64,000 bases of DNA from Phycisphaerae bacterium (lineage in GTDB: Bacteria; Planctomycetota; Phycisphaerae; UBA1845), in contig JAJDDY010000027.1 in assembly GCA_029260075.1 (NCBI GenBank), positions 126,086-190,085 of the forward strand, given 5' to 3'. Shown here in pieces: positions 12,916 to 22,710 of this stretch. The notes under the pieces are model-generated. The model was given only the letters and a program-made list of their open reading frames with translations. It searched no databases and was not told the origin of the DNA. Position numbers and translations under genes: made by a program. Within the stretch, counting starts at the first letter, position 1. Each line of letters begins with the position of its first letter.

Positions 12916-14592
12916 CTACAAACCAAGCTGATCCCTCAGATACTCCAAACACTTCGACTTGTCGATGTGAATCTGTGACGCGTCATCGCGATTGCGGACC
13001 GTGACGGTGCCGTCGTCTTTCGTCTGACCGTCGATGGTGAAGCAGAACGGCGTGCCGGCTTCGTCCATTCGGGCGTACCTCTTGCCGATCGACTGCTTGG
13101 CGTCGTACTGACAGGGGAAGTGCTTCTTGAGCTCTCGGAAGATTGGCTCGGCGATTTCGGGCATGCCGTCCTTCGCCACCAGCGGAAACACAGCCGCTTT
13201 GATCGGCGCGAGTCGCGGGTGAAACTTCATGAACTCCGGGCTGGCGCGGTTCTCGTCGTAGGTGTAGGCCTCGGTGATGCTTGCCAGCGTGAATCGATCG
13301 ACACCGGCTGACGGTTCGATGACGTGGGGAACGAATCGCTCATGCGTCGCGTCGTCGATCACGGCGAAGGCGTTCTCCTTGCCCTTGGCGCTCTTGCCGT
13401 GGGCCTTCAGGTCGTAGTCGCCGCGATGGGCCACGCCTTCTAACTCTTGCGGCTCGTCGGAGAAGGGGAAGAGGTATTCGATGTCGGTGCAGGCGTCGCT
13501 GTAGTGGGCCAAATCGTCCTCGTCCTGCTCGCGTGGCCGGAGCTTTTCGGACTTGATTCCCAGTGATTCGTACCACTTAATGCGCACGTCCCGCCAGAAT
13601 TCGTACCACATGCGCGACGTATCCGGATGGCAGAAAAATTCGATCTCCATCTGCTCGAACTCGCGCGAGCGGAAGGTGAAGTTGCGCGGGTTGATCTCGT
13701 TGCGAAAAGCTTTGCCGATTTGGGCAATGCCAAATGGAATCTTCACGCGTGTGGAGTCCATGACGTTCTTGAAATTGGCGAAGATGCCTTGGGCTGTTTC
13801 GGGGCGGAGGTAGGCCTTGCTGGTGGAATCCTGCAATGCGCCAACGAACGTCTCGAACATTAGGTTAAACTCCCGGGGTTCGGTGAGTTTTCCACGCTTC
13901 TTGCAAGCTGGGCACCCGAGTTGTGTCATCCAATCACGATGGGCCAAAAAGAATGCATCGTTTAGTGAACCTTCGGAAGGTGACCTCCTTCGTGCGCTAC
14001 TAGGACTAGATTGCTGCTCGATGAGCTGCTGTTGCATTTTGCAGAGGTCGAGAAATCGGTGAGCCTCAAGCGTCACCTTCTTGCCGCCGGAACGTTCCTG
14101 AACTTCACGACTAGGATCAGTGCCCAGATATTCTTGGGCCTCTTGCACGGAATCTGCCTCAGCGCAATTGGCGTCATGTAGAACCCAACTCGAATAATTG
14201 GGTGGAACGTTGTGAAATACCGAATGCATCGGCACCCATAGCTTGTCCGCCCGAAACCGCGCCTTGCACTCCTTGCAATCCACCATCGGGTCACTAAACC
14301 CGCCGACATGCCCCGACGCTTCCCACACCTTCGGGTTCATGATGATCGAGCAGTCGACGCCCACCATCTGATATTCAGTTCCATCCGGGCCGGGCGGCGG
14401 GTTGCGGACCATGTCGTTCCACCACGCCTCTTTGACATTGCGTTTGAGTTCCACGCCGAGCGGGCCGTAATCCCAAAAGCCGCCGATTCCGCCGTAGATT
14501 TCGCTCGACCCGAAGATGAAACCCCGCCGCCTGCACAGGGCGACGATCTTTTGCATGGTGTCGTTCGTCGATGTCGGTTGGTTCTTGCTCAT
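12916..14592 (-). CDS. glyQS: Glycine--tRNA ligase (alpha2 dimeric type), with an internal Cys-containing insertion
   Basis: Class II aaRS motifs and GlyRS-specific N-terminal region (GFIFGSSEIYGG..WDYGPLG). Confidence 0.9.
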   Translation of the reverse strand: MSKNQPTSTNDTMQKIVALCRRRGFIFGSSEIYGGIGGFWDYGPLGVELKRNVKEAWWNDMVRNPPPGPDGTEYQMVGVDCSIIMNPKVWEASGHVGGFSDPMVDCKECKARFRADKLWVPMHSVFHNVPPNYSSWVLHDANCAEADSVQEAQEYLGTDPSREVQERSGGKKVTLEAHRFLDLCKMQQQLIEQQSSPSSARRRSPSEGSLNDAFFLAHRDWMTQLGCPACKKRGKLTEPREFNLMFETFVGALQDSTSKAYLRPETAQGIFANFKNVMDSTRVKIPFGIAQIGKAFRNEINPRNFTFRSREFEQMEIEFFCHPDTSRMWYEFWRDVRIKWYESLGIKSEKLRPREQDEDDLAHYSDACTDIEYLFPFSDEPQELEGVAHRGDYDLKAHGKSAKGKENAFAVIDDATHERFVPHVIEPSAGVDRFTLASITEAYTYDENRASPEFMKFHPRLAPIKAAVFPLVAKDGMPEIAEPIFRELKKHFPCQYDAKQSIGKRYARMDEAGTPFCFTIDGQTKDDGTVTVRNRDDASQIHIDKSKCLEYLRDQLGL

Positions 14593-14874
14593 TCGTTGGG
14601 TTCTTCTATTAGTGGGGTTGTCTCAATTCAATTGCGTTCGCGACTGCGCACTGCGGGTCGCGACGCCGCATCGCACCATCGCCGCAGCATCGCTGTGCGT
14701 CGTTGTCGGACCCTGCGCCCCGTGATCAGAGCACACCGCAATCAGAGCACCGGGCGCAAGCCCGGTGACTTGCCGACACCGTGGGTCCGCGGGCTTGCGC
14801 CCGCGGCTCTGACCCGACAGCTCTGACGTGACGTGACCGACCCGTCGTATGCTTCACGGACTCCAAAATCGCGA

Positions 14875-16107
14875 CTACAACAACCCAGCGCCAAACGGTG
14901 ACGAGTCATCGTACGCATTGCCATCAGAGGTGGCGGTATCTTCAACCGGCAACACGTCGACCGCATCGGCCGGCGCCGGTCGAGGGGCGGCCGAATCCGC
15001 GCTGCCGCCGTTCGTACCCAAATCCTTAGCCGCGCCGCTGTCGTTCGCACCCGATTCTTTGGTCCGGCGACTCTTCGTCTTTCGCACCGGCTTCTTCACC
15101 ACGGGCTCATCCATGCCCGCACCAAACGCGGCGTCGTCATCCAAGACGGTAGTAGGAACGGGTTGAACAACCGGCGCTTTCGCGGCTGGCTTCTTCGTGG
15201 CCGGTCGCTTGGTCGGCGCAGGTCTCTTGCTCGGCTCGGGCCGTTGCACTGGCGCCGCCGGTCGCTCGATCGGCGCCTTCTGCTCGACTTCCGTCTTAGC
15301 AGTCGCAGCTACAGACGCATCAGCCGTCACGGTTTCCTCGCGCGGCGTGTCCGTCTTCTCGGACGGCGTTCGATCGGCCTCGCCACCGCGTCCGCGACCA
15401 CCACGACTTCGACGTCCACCGCGGCGCGAACGGCCATCACCATCGCCTCGATCGTTCGACTTGGGACGTGGACTCCTGTCGCCGACGGCAACGGGTCGGG
15501 CGGGACGCGTGCCGCGAAGATCGGCGATCATACTGTCGTAATCGTTAGCCGACTCGGCGACGGCCTCTTCGGCCTCGCTGGGTTGATCTTCCGACACGGC
15601 CTCATTGCCAGGATCGTCCATCACACCGAAATCACTTTCCGGCTCGGGAGAGGGCCGCTCATTACGACGCGACGGTTCCGCAACCTCAGCCGCCTCGCGC
15701 GTTTGCGAATCGTCCGAACGATCCGCGTCCGCCGGCGCGTTTTCCAACTCCAACCGGTACGCTTCGAGCACACTGTCCTGAACAATCTGCCGGAACTCCG
15801 GCGTGATCGGGTGGGCGATGTCGCGGTGAATTTTTTCACGCCCGTTGTCGTCGGTCGGCACACGTGCCGGCGGCAGCCGCTTGCCGCATTCGTTACAGAA
15901 CTTCGCACGAACGTGGTTTTGCGCCCGACACTGCCCGCACGACGCGGTCAACTTCCGCGATGGCATGGCCACGAATAATCCGTGGGCCCCGTCGACAATC
16001 TTCACATCACGAACCACAAAGCCGGACCCGAGGGTGATGATACACACAGCTTTGAGGCGATCGTTGGTGTCATGCACCAACCTGACACGTACTTCTGAGA
16101 TTTCCAT
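14875..16107 (-). CDS. spoVG: SpoVG-domain protein fused to a zinc ribbon and a ~280-aa Pro/Ala/Lys/Arg-rich disordered tail
   Basis: N-terminal MEISEVRVRLV..GLFVAMPSRKL matches SpoVG. CGQC...CNEC zinc ribbon. Start placed at the ATG corresponding to the canonical SpoVG M. Confidence 0.8.
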   Translation of the reverse strand: MEISEVRVRLVHDTNDRLKAVCIITLGSGFVVRDVKIVDGAHGLFVAMPSRKLTASCGQCRAQNHVRAKFCNECGKRLPPARVPTDDNGREKIHRDIAHPITPEFRQIVQDSVLEAYRLELENAPADADRSDDSQTREAAEVAEPSRRNERPSPEPESDFGVMDDPGNEAVSEDQPSEAEEAVAESANDYDSMIADLRGTRPARPVAVGDRSPRPKSNDRGDGDGRSRRGGRRSRGGRGRGGEADRTPSEKTDTPREETVTADASVAATAKTEVEQKAPIERPAAPVQRPEPSKRPAPTKRPATKKPAAKAPVVQPVPTTVLDDDAAFGAGMDEPVVKKPVRKTKSRRTKESGANDSGAAKDLGTNGGSADSAAPRPAPADAVDVLPVEDTATSDGNAYDDSSPFGAGLL

Positions 16108-16125
16108 GAACACTCCTATCCAGCT

Positions 16126-17025
16126 TCAAACCAATCCAACCGGCGCCGGCACGACCGCCGTGGTCAAACCCATCCGCAATTCATCAATGCGGCTGGCCGC
16201 TCGGTGCGCAGTTTCTTGATCATCAAACAATCGATAAAAAGTCGACCCGGCGCCGCTGATCCGCATTGGCCCCAAAGACGCACCCGCAATCGCATTGGCG
16301 ACGCGATAGACGTCCGGAGCGACACGAAAAACCGCCGCCTCCAAGTCGTTGAAACAACAAGGCATAATCTGTTCTGCAGTACGCGCTCGGACGATCCGCT
16401 CGACCGAGTCCGTGTCTGAATCCCCGCCGTCGGCCGAAGCCCACACAGCAAAAACTTCAGATGTCGAAACCGCGCAATCCACGCAGGCAAGCAGAACCCA
16501 CCCGCGCCACGCGAGCGACACCCGTTCAACACGTTCGCCGCGACCGGTCATCACCGCGGCGGGTAGCGAGAAAAACAACGGTACGTCTGACCCGATCTCG
16601 GCGCCGAGCTCAGCCAACTCGCCGTCGGTCAGGCCCCCGTTCCAAAGGCGGTTGCACAGTCGTAGCGTGGCGGCTGCATTGCCGCTCCCCCCGGCGAGAC
16701 CGCCAGCGACGGGAATGAACTTTTCGAGATCGACGTGCAGGTCAGGATCGACGCCCAAATGCTCAGCCAAGCGCGTGGCCGCACGGCAGGCAAGGTTCGC
16801 TGGACCCGTCAACTCAACGTCGTTGCACGAGACCGACACTCCGGGCACATCGGACCGCATGCACTCAATCCGATCTGAAAGACCGGCTCCGATCACCAGC
16901 GATCGAAGATCGTGAAACCCGTCCGCGCGAAGCCCGAGCACCTGCAACGTGAGGTTCAGCTTAGAGGGATTCGTGGTCGCTACGGAGGTGTCCGCTCTGG
17001 TCATGTTCGGCGCTGTGGCGTTCAT
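16126..17025 (-). CDS. ispE: 4-diphosphocytidyl-2-C-methyl-D-erythritol kinase
   Basis: GHMP kinase motifs (KLNLTLQVLG...DGFHDL, PVAGGLAGGSGNAAA). Conserved ispE-spoVG neighbourhood. Confidence 0.85.
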   Translation of the reverse strand: MNATAPNMTRADTSVATTNPSKLNLTLQVLGLRADGFHDLRSLVIGAGLSDRIECMRSDVPGVSVSCNDVELTGPANLACRAATRLAEHLGVDPDLHVDLEKFIPVAGGLAGGSGNAAATLRLCNRLWNGGLTDGELAELGAEIGSDVPLFFSLPAAVMTGRGERVERVSLAWRGWVLLACVDCAVSTSEVFAVWASADGGDSDTDSVERIVRARTAEQIMPCCFNDLEAAVFRVAPDVYRVANAIAGASLGPMRISGAGSTFYRLFDDQETAHRAASRIDELRMGLTTAVVPAPVGLV

Positions 17026-17294
17026 CGAGATTCAAAGTGCAAGGTGCAGCCACCTAGTGCCCGACCATCCGATGCATAGCATGGAGATTGATCGGTCGGA
17101 CCCACCGGCTCGCAGGATCAGGCATCGTCTGGGAACCGGTCCGACACACCCCGGCTGTCGCGGCCGATTTCGGCACGTCGCAATCCCGTCATGTCCTGCC
17201 GGGACAGATGGTAAAGCGCAACAGTCACGTGTCAACCGATCGAGTCGTCAATGCGACGCCGAATGTCCACTTCACCGAGCCGCCTACCGGAAAA

Positions 17295-17333
17295 GTGTGG
17301 CGCCGGCTTCCAGCCGGTGATCCGCTAGCGACT
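17295..17333. repeat. Family-B short hairpin repeat, copy 1 (GTGGC[A/G]CCGGCTTCCAGCCGGTGATCC)
   Basis: CACCGGCT-TCC-AGCCGGTG inverted repeat with conserved flanks. Confidence 0.75.
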
Positions 17334-17688
17334 CCCCGATCCGCAAACACCGGCTTCCCAACGTCCGAAAACCATGCAGCGCAAACCTCAGCTAACTGGG
17401 CACCTTTCGCGAATCCCGACCGCTTCGGTCGGACTTCAGGATCGAAAGCAGGGCAACCTACGTCGACCGGCGTGGTCGCTCGGACACATCGTGTTGATCC
17501 GGTGCAGCGCGTCGGCATAACCGGAACCACCCGCCCACCTGGAACTATGTCGTAACCAACTGCCAAAAAACGACTTACGGCTTCCCTCGCCGAGATCACG
17601 CGAAACGGACGTGCTCATGCAGGATAACCCGTAGTGCAGGGCGGCGTACGCGCGCTTTGGTGAATCTGTGCGGGGAAGCGAGGAAGCA

Positions 17689-18162
17689 ATGATTAGCGGC
17701 GTAGCAGGAGGTCTGGGCGGGTCCAACCCGCTTCCGACACGGGAAACATCGACGGCAGCTCGACCGGGATTCCAACCACTAAGCGCGACGCGCGGTGAAG
17801 ATGTTGCAGGTTCTGGGCAAACGACCGGTAGCGGCCAAGCCGACGAAATTCAGGCATTACTTACTGGGATTTTTGAAGCGCTCGGGCAATCGCTCGACAA
17901 CGAGCAATCGATGCGATTGCTGACGGCTCTGTTACTGATCGTCTCGCTGATGCAGGACTTGCAAGGCAATTCGTCCGACCAGGCCCAATCACTCGACCAG
18001 CTACAAACGCCGACCGGCCAACAGGGCTACTTCGCCGCGAGTTACTCGGAAACGACGACGATTTTCATCCAACAGACGTCAACGACCACGGTATACGGCA
18101 GCTCGGGAGCGCTAGGCGAGGCGGGAACAGGCACAGGTGGTCAGCTCGACGTGGCCGGGTAA
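17689..18162 (+). CDS. Hypothetical Gly/Ser/Thr/Gln-rich low-complexity protein
   Basis: ATG preceded by a strong AGGAAG Shine-Dalgarno. No family assignment; composition atypical. Confidence 0.4.
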   Translation: MISGVAGGLGGSNPLPTRETSTAARPGFQPLSATRGEDVAGSGQTTGSGQADEIQALLTGIFEALGQSLDNEQSMRLLTALLLIVSLMQDLQGNSSDQAQSLDQLQTPTGQQGYFAASYSETTTIFIQQTSTTTVYGSSGALGEAGTGTGGQLDVAG

Positions 18163-18688
18163 GAGCGTGCTCAAAGAGTTTGGCAACGGCCTCCAACCGA
18201 TGATCCGTCGCCGTTCATCCCCCCAATCCAACCTGTGAAATAACAGGCGACTATCTTGCATCGGTCTGCACGGATCCAACGTCTCCGGGACCGATCGAGC
18301 TTGCGGCGGCTGAAATGGTCTGGGTGACCCATGGCCTTGGCCGTGGGAGACTCGAATCGGGTTCGAAGTTGAATCCAATTCGGGTCAACGTGACGTACCA
18401 TCCGGATGGGTCGATCTCCGCACACTTGCACGCACTAGACTGTTCCGCGACACTGATCCCGATAGAGCTTGCGGCGGCAGTGATGGGCAACGCAGCCGCC
18501 GGACGGTTGAGTCGGGCGAGCACCACACAATCCCCGGGCCGAGTTTCCCAATACGCGGTTTGAAACGCTACGGACGCTATCCGACCATTCCGACGCTGAT
18601 TGGAATACCCTGTGCGTGCGAAGTGTTCTTATTGCTGGTGGGCATTGCGGCAACAGCGTGCGGTAGGCGGCTTACCCGCTAATGCATT

Positions 18689-18800
18689 GTCACGACCCAA
18701 GTAACGGGTTCGTCCGATCCGAGCCGCGACCGTGAGGGATCGATTTCAAACTGTCACGACCAGATATCGACCGTCCGCTCCGTTCCGGGCGCGGCTCGGT
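18689..18800. repeat. Family-A nested palindromic intergenic repeat, copy 1 (degenerate right arm)
   Basis: CCGAGCCGCGACCGTGAGGGA...GGGCGCGGCTCGG inverted arms inside GTCACGACC.. outer arms. Confidence 0.8.
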
Positions 18801-18907
18801 AGGTCAGTCGGTCGATGTGTGACAAAGCACAAGTGTGGCACTGGCTACCCGCCGAAATATGTTTCGGTTGGCCGCCCATAACCAACCTGCTCAACGAGGT
18901 AACCTAG

Positions 18908-19858
18908 ATGGACATGACCGTAAGCAAGACCAAGACCAACTCGGTGGGCGACGACACGCCGTTCGTGCATACGACGAAGCTCGACACGCTTTGGTTCCAA
19001 GTCGGCGGGACGCTCTGCAACCTCCGTTGTCACCACTGTTTCATCAGTTGCTCGCCGGAGAACGACAAGTTCGGTTTCCTATCGCTGGAAACGTGCGAAC
19101 AAAACCTGCGCGAGTCCGTACCGCTCGGCGTCAAGGAATTCTACTTCACAGGCGGTGAACCATTCGCCAATCCGGAAATGTGCGACATTCTCGAGAAGGC
19201 ACTCGAATATGGTGCGGCCACCGTCTTGACCAACGCGACAATTCTGCGCGACAAGACGCTCGACCGACTCGAAGCCATGAACGAAGGCTCGACGCACTCG
19301 CTGGAACTCCGCGTCAGTCTCGATGGCTACACGGCGGAAATGAACGACCCCATCCGTGGCGACGGCACGTTCGACAAAGCCATGGAAGGCGTGCGCGAGC
19401 TTGTGAAACGTGGGTTCTCTCCCATCCTAACGATTACGCGAACTTGGTCCGGCGATGACAACGTAGTATTGGCTGGCTTTCGACAGATGCTCGGAGGCAT
19501 CGGATACGAAGAGCCCCGACTGAAAATCCTACCGGTCTTGAAAATGGGCGCCGAGGTCGAGAGGACCGAAGGCTACGGCGAAGAAGCCCGCCTGACGACA
19601 GCCATGATGGCGGAGTACGATCAGAGTCAGCTCGTCTGCAGCAGCGCGCGACTGGTTACCGACAAGGGCATCTGGGTCTGCCCGATTCTGCTCGACGCCC
19701 CGGACGCACGGGTGAGTGACACACTTTCGCAAGCCATCGGCGACTTCCCGCTAAACCACCAAGCCTGCTACACCTGCTGGCAATTCGGCGCCATCTGCTC
19801 CAACGCATCGACCGGCGCGGCAGGCATAACCAAGAACAATTGCTGCGGCAAGGGCTAG
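18908..19858 (+). CDS. Radical SAM domain protein with a Cys-rich C-terminal (SPASM/twitch-like) region
   Basis: CNLRCHHC (CX3CX2C) radical-SAM cluster motif near the N-terminus. GGEP motif. Additional C-terminal cysteines (CYTCWQFGAIC). Confidence 0.8.
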   Translation: MDMTVSKTKTNSVGDDTPFVHTTKLDTLWFQVGGTLCNLRCHHCFISCSPENDKFGFLSLETCEQNLRESVPLGVKEFYFTGGEPFANPEMCDILEKALEYGAATVLTNATILRDKTLDRLEAMNEGSTHSLELRVSLDGYTAEMNDPIRGDGTFDKAMEGVRELVKRGFSPILTITRTWSGDDNVVLAGFRQMLGGIGYEEPRLKILPVLKMGAEVERTEGYGEEARLTTAMMAEYDQSQLVCSSARLVTDKGIWVCPILLDAPDARVSDTLSQAIGDFPLNHQACYTCWQFGAICSNASTGAAGITKNNCCGKG

Positions 19859-19872
19859 CTAGCACACATCGA

Positions 19873-19982
19873 GTGACGGGTTTACCGAGCCGCAACCGTG
19901 ACGGAACGAACGTTTGACGCCGGCTGTGACAGCTTGAAGACGCTCCCTTACGGTCGCGGCGCGGTTCGGACGAACCCGTCAC
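19873..19982. repeat. Family-A repeat, copy 2
   Basis: GTGACGGGTTTACCGAGCCGC..ACGGTCGCGGCGCGGTTCGGACGAACCCGTCAC. Confidence 0.85.
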
Positions 19983-20096
19983 TTGAGGCGTGGCCATGCA
20001 CTGGGAACCAGCCCGGCGTCGTACCCATGGACACTGCAAGATCGGCTCCTAGGTCGCGATCTATGCTGTCGTAGTGATCGGTTTCTAGACTTCGCG

Positions 20097-21053
20097 TTAG
20101 GGAGTCACGTGTGACGCGTCGCCCCCAGCGTTAAACACATATACGCGATCGAGTTCATCTGCGGCCACCGAACTACTGACCCCCAGCGACACCAAGAGCG
20201 GATTGTTCCGGTCCGGGTTGATTGAGGTGATTTCGCCGATGGTTAGCGCGGCGGGGAGGTCTGTGCTGTCTGGGTCGGAGAGCACCACGTCACCCACCGC
20301 GAGGCGGCCCGAATCGGTGTCGCGACGATCCACGTCGACGATGAGCATCACGCCGTCACCCGAACCGGTAAGCCAATAGCGATCGGTCACATTGTCGGCG
20401 GCAACCTCAAACACACCGTCGGTAAATCGACCGATCCGCACCTTCATCTGTACCGCCGGGTCGCTAAGCAATTTGATGCGTGACGTATGCGTGCCCACGC
20501 GATCGACCACGCCGACCAAAGTCTCTCGAAGCAGGATGGCCATACCCCCCTGCACACCCGCCGCTTCACCCTTGTCGATCCAGAAGCAACTCGACGTCAC
20601 CGCTGCACCGCGACGAACGCCCTGGAGACGACCGGAGTTGATCAGGCGTGACGATCGCCAAGGGAGTAGATCGTCCGCGACCACACCGGCAGGAATCAGC
20701 GTACCGCCGGCACCAAGTCGATAGCCATCCACTTCCCAAAGACGTGTGGCGGTTAGCAGGTCGACCTCGCGCTCGAGCTCGTGGCCGCGAACGGACAGGC
20801 TCGCAATTTGGTGCTGAAGGGCCTGATTTTCTCGAACGACTTGTTGATAGGCTTCCGCAGAAACAGAATCGCCGGAGGCCGCCACCGCTGCGGTTTCGGC
20901 TCGAAGGACATGTTGAAACGGCACGATTACCTGCACAAGACTGATCAACCGACCGGTCCACGCGGCAGGCGCAAAGATTGCCCCGCACGTGAGTGCGGCC
21001 AGCATGATGAGGTAGCTTCTGCGGGCGACGAAACGTCGTGTCGCTTTTCGCAT
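20097..21053 (-). CDS. mreC: Rod shape-determining protein MreC
   Basis: N-terminal TM, coiled coil and beta domains. Immediately downstream of mreB. Confidence 0.85.
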   Translation of the reverse strand: MRKATRRFVARRSYLIMLAALTCGAIFAPAAWTGRLISLVQVIVPFQHVLRAETAAVAASGDSVSAEAYQQVVRENQALQHQIASLSVRGHELEREVDLLTATRLWEVDGYRLGAGGTLIPAGVVADDLLPWRSSRLINSGRLQGVRRGAAVTSSCFWIDKGEAAGVQGGMAILLRETLVGVVDRVGTHTSRIKLLSDPAVQMKVRIGRFTDGVFEVAADNVTDRYWLTGSGDGVMLIVDVDRRDTDSGRLAVGDVVLSDPDSTDLPAALTIGEITSINPDRNNPLLVSLGVSSSVAADELDRVYVFNAGGDASHVTP

Positions 21054-21091
21054 AGTGGGTTCGATCGGTTACCAGGTGTGCGCAGAGCGGG

Positions 21092-22144
21092 TCAATACTC
21101 GTCTACGTCGGATTCCATCGTATCTTTCCACGCCGCAAGGTTGTCGAGGTACACACTTGTACCGCGCGCCACGCAGCTTAGTGGATCGTCCACAAGATTG
21201 ACGAGAAGCCCCGTGCCCTCCGAAAGCTTCTGGTCCAACCCCCTCAACAGCGCCCCACCTCCGGCGAGATGAATTCCATTCTCGACAAGGTCAGCCGCCA
21301 ACTCGGGCTCGGCGTTTTCCAGTGTCTGCATGACACACTCGATGATCTGCTGAACCGGCTCGGTGAGGGCCTCGCGAATCTCCTCGGACGTGACCGTAGC
21401 CTTATGCGGAAGCCCGCCAACCACGTCGCGGCCACGAACCTCCTTCTCCATTTCCTGATCAAGCGCGACGATTGATCCGATCTCGATCTTGATTCGCTCC
21501 GCAGTCTGCAACCCGATCATCAAGTCGTACTTGCGTCGAACATAGGAAATGATCGCAGCGTCCATCTCGTCGCCAGCCACACGAATGCTCTGCACGACGG
21601 CAATATCGGCGAGCGACATGATGGCCACCTCCGTGGTCCCGCCACCGATGTCCACGATCATCGACGCCGTCGCCTCGCCAATGGGGAGACCGGCGCCGAT
21701 ACCTGCGGCCATCGGCTCCTCGACCAGATAGACCCGGCGCGAACCGGCGCGTTCGGCGGAGTTGTACACCGCTCGTTTTTCGACGGCGGTGATGCCCGAG
21801 GGCACGGCGATGACGACGCGCGGTTTTACGAACCGACTGCGCCCGTGAACTTTGCGAATGAAGTAGCCGAGCATGGCCTCGGTAATGTCGAAGTCGGCGA
21901 TGACCCCGTCCTTCAACGGCCGGATGGCGCTGATGGACCCGGGCGTTCGCCCCAACATCTCCTTGGCGACTTGACCGACAGCGTTGCCATTTCTGAGCAC
22001 TTGATTCGTGCCCCGGCGGACCGCGACGACCGACGGCTCGTTGAGCACGACACCCTCACCCTTGACGCACACCAAGGTGTTGCACGTACCGAGGTCAATG
22101 CCCATGTCGACACTGAACATGCCAAGTAGCGAGTCGAAAATCAT
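21092..22144 (-). CDS. mreB: Rod shape-determining protein MreB (actin homologue)
   Basis: Start trimmed to MIFDSLLGMFSVDMGIDLGT, which aligns with the E. coli MreB N-terminus. DIGGGTTE and GGGALL actin-fold motifs. Confidence 0.92.
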   Translation of the reverse strand: MIFDSLLGMFSVDMGIDLGTCNTLVCVKGEGVVLNEPSVVAVRRGTNQVLRNGNAVGQVAKEMLGRTPGSISAIRPLKDGVIADFDITEAMLGYFIRKVHGRSRFVKPRVVIAVPSGITAVEKRAVYNSAERAGSRRVYLVEEPMAAGIGAGLPIGEATASMIVDIGGGTTEVAIMSLADIAVVQSIRVAGDEMDAAIISYVRRKYDLMIGLQTAERIKIEIGSIVALDQEMEKEVRGRDVVGGLPHKATVTSEEIREALTEPVQQIIECVMQTLENAEPELAADLVENGIHLAGGGALLRGLDQKLSEGTGLLVNLVDDPLSCVARGTSVYLDNLAAWKDTMESDVDEY

Positions 22145-22494
22145 GTGCGACGGAACTCCAGCGCAAGCCAAACTGGTCGATCGACCGGCCGCAGCGCACA
22201 ACAAGTTAACCGCATCCGCCCCTATTCTGCAAGACCATAATGCGTTTTCTCGTTCGACCGGATCGCCGGCGCGTGCGAGTCGAACGCACAAACAAATCCC
22301 ACCATCGCGACGAAGCTCCCTTCACCAGGACGCGTGGATGCTCATCGGACTGAAATACAAGCCTGAAGAGCGTGGGCGAGCGCAGTAATGAATCGAATCG
22401 AATAGCTATATGGGGTTGTGAATTTCTCAGCCGTTGAGATCGGCCTAACGAGAAAGAAAGGGAGACGACCAAGCCAAACCTGGCCGTGCGGAGG

Positions 22495-22644
22495 TCACGC
22501 CCCCGTGAAGGGATTCCACGTGCCGAACATAGCCTGACTATGAATCGCCAGGTAGATCGTGGCTGCGCCAACCACAACTACGGCCAGCATCAACAGTACG
22601 GTGTAAACATCGTTGTCGGGGCTTTCGGCCGGACGGTCACTCAT
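22495..22644 (-). CDS. Candidate 49-aa single-TM micro-protein (MSDRPAESPDNDVYTVLLMLAVVVVGAATIYLAIHSQAMFGTWNPFTGA)
   Basis: Hand-translated ORF below the track size cutoff, in the mreB upstream gap. Hydrophobic core. Confidence 0.25.
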   Translation of the reverse strand: MSDRPAESPDNDVYTVLLMLAVVVVGAATIYLAIHSQAMFGTWNPFTGA

Positions 22645-22710
22645 AACAGACGTACTCCAGACCCGGCGGCATCGAACGCAGCCGGACCGTGAGGGTGAAA
22701 CGGACAGCTA

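Noticed and set aside
15163-15978. 271-aa Arg-rich plus-strand ORF
   Set aside because: Antisense to the low-complexity tail of the SpoVG fusion gene. Composition is an artefact of the GC-rich repeat.
17088-17599. Overlapping ORFs 17088-17555(+) and 17225-17599(-) in the ispE upstream gap
   Set aside because: Mutually exclusive, Arg/Pro-rich, and overlap a family-B repeat. Region is more consistent with non-coding intergenic DNA.
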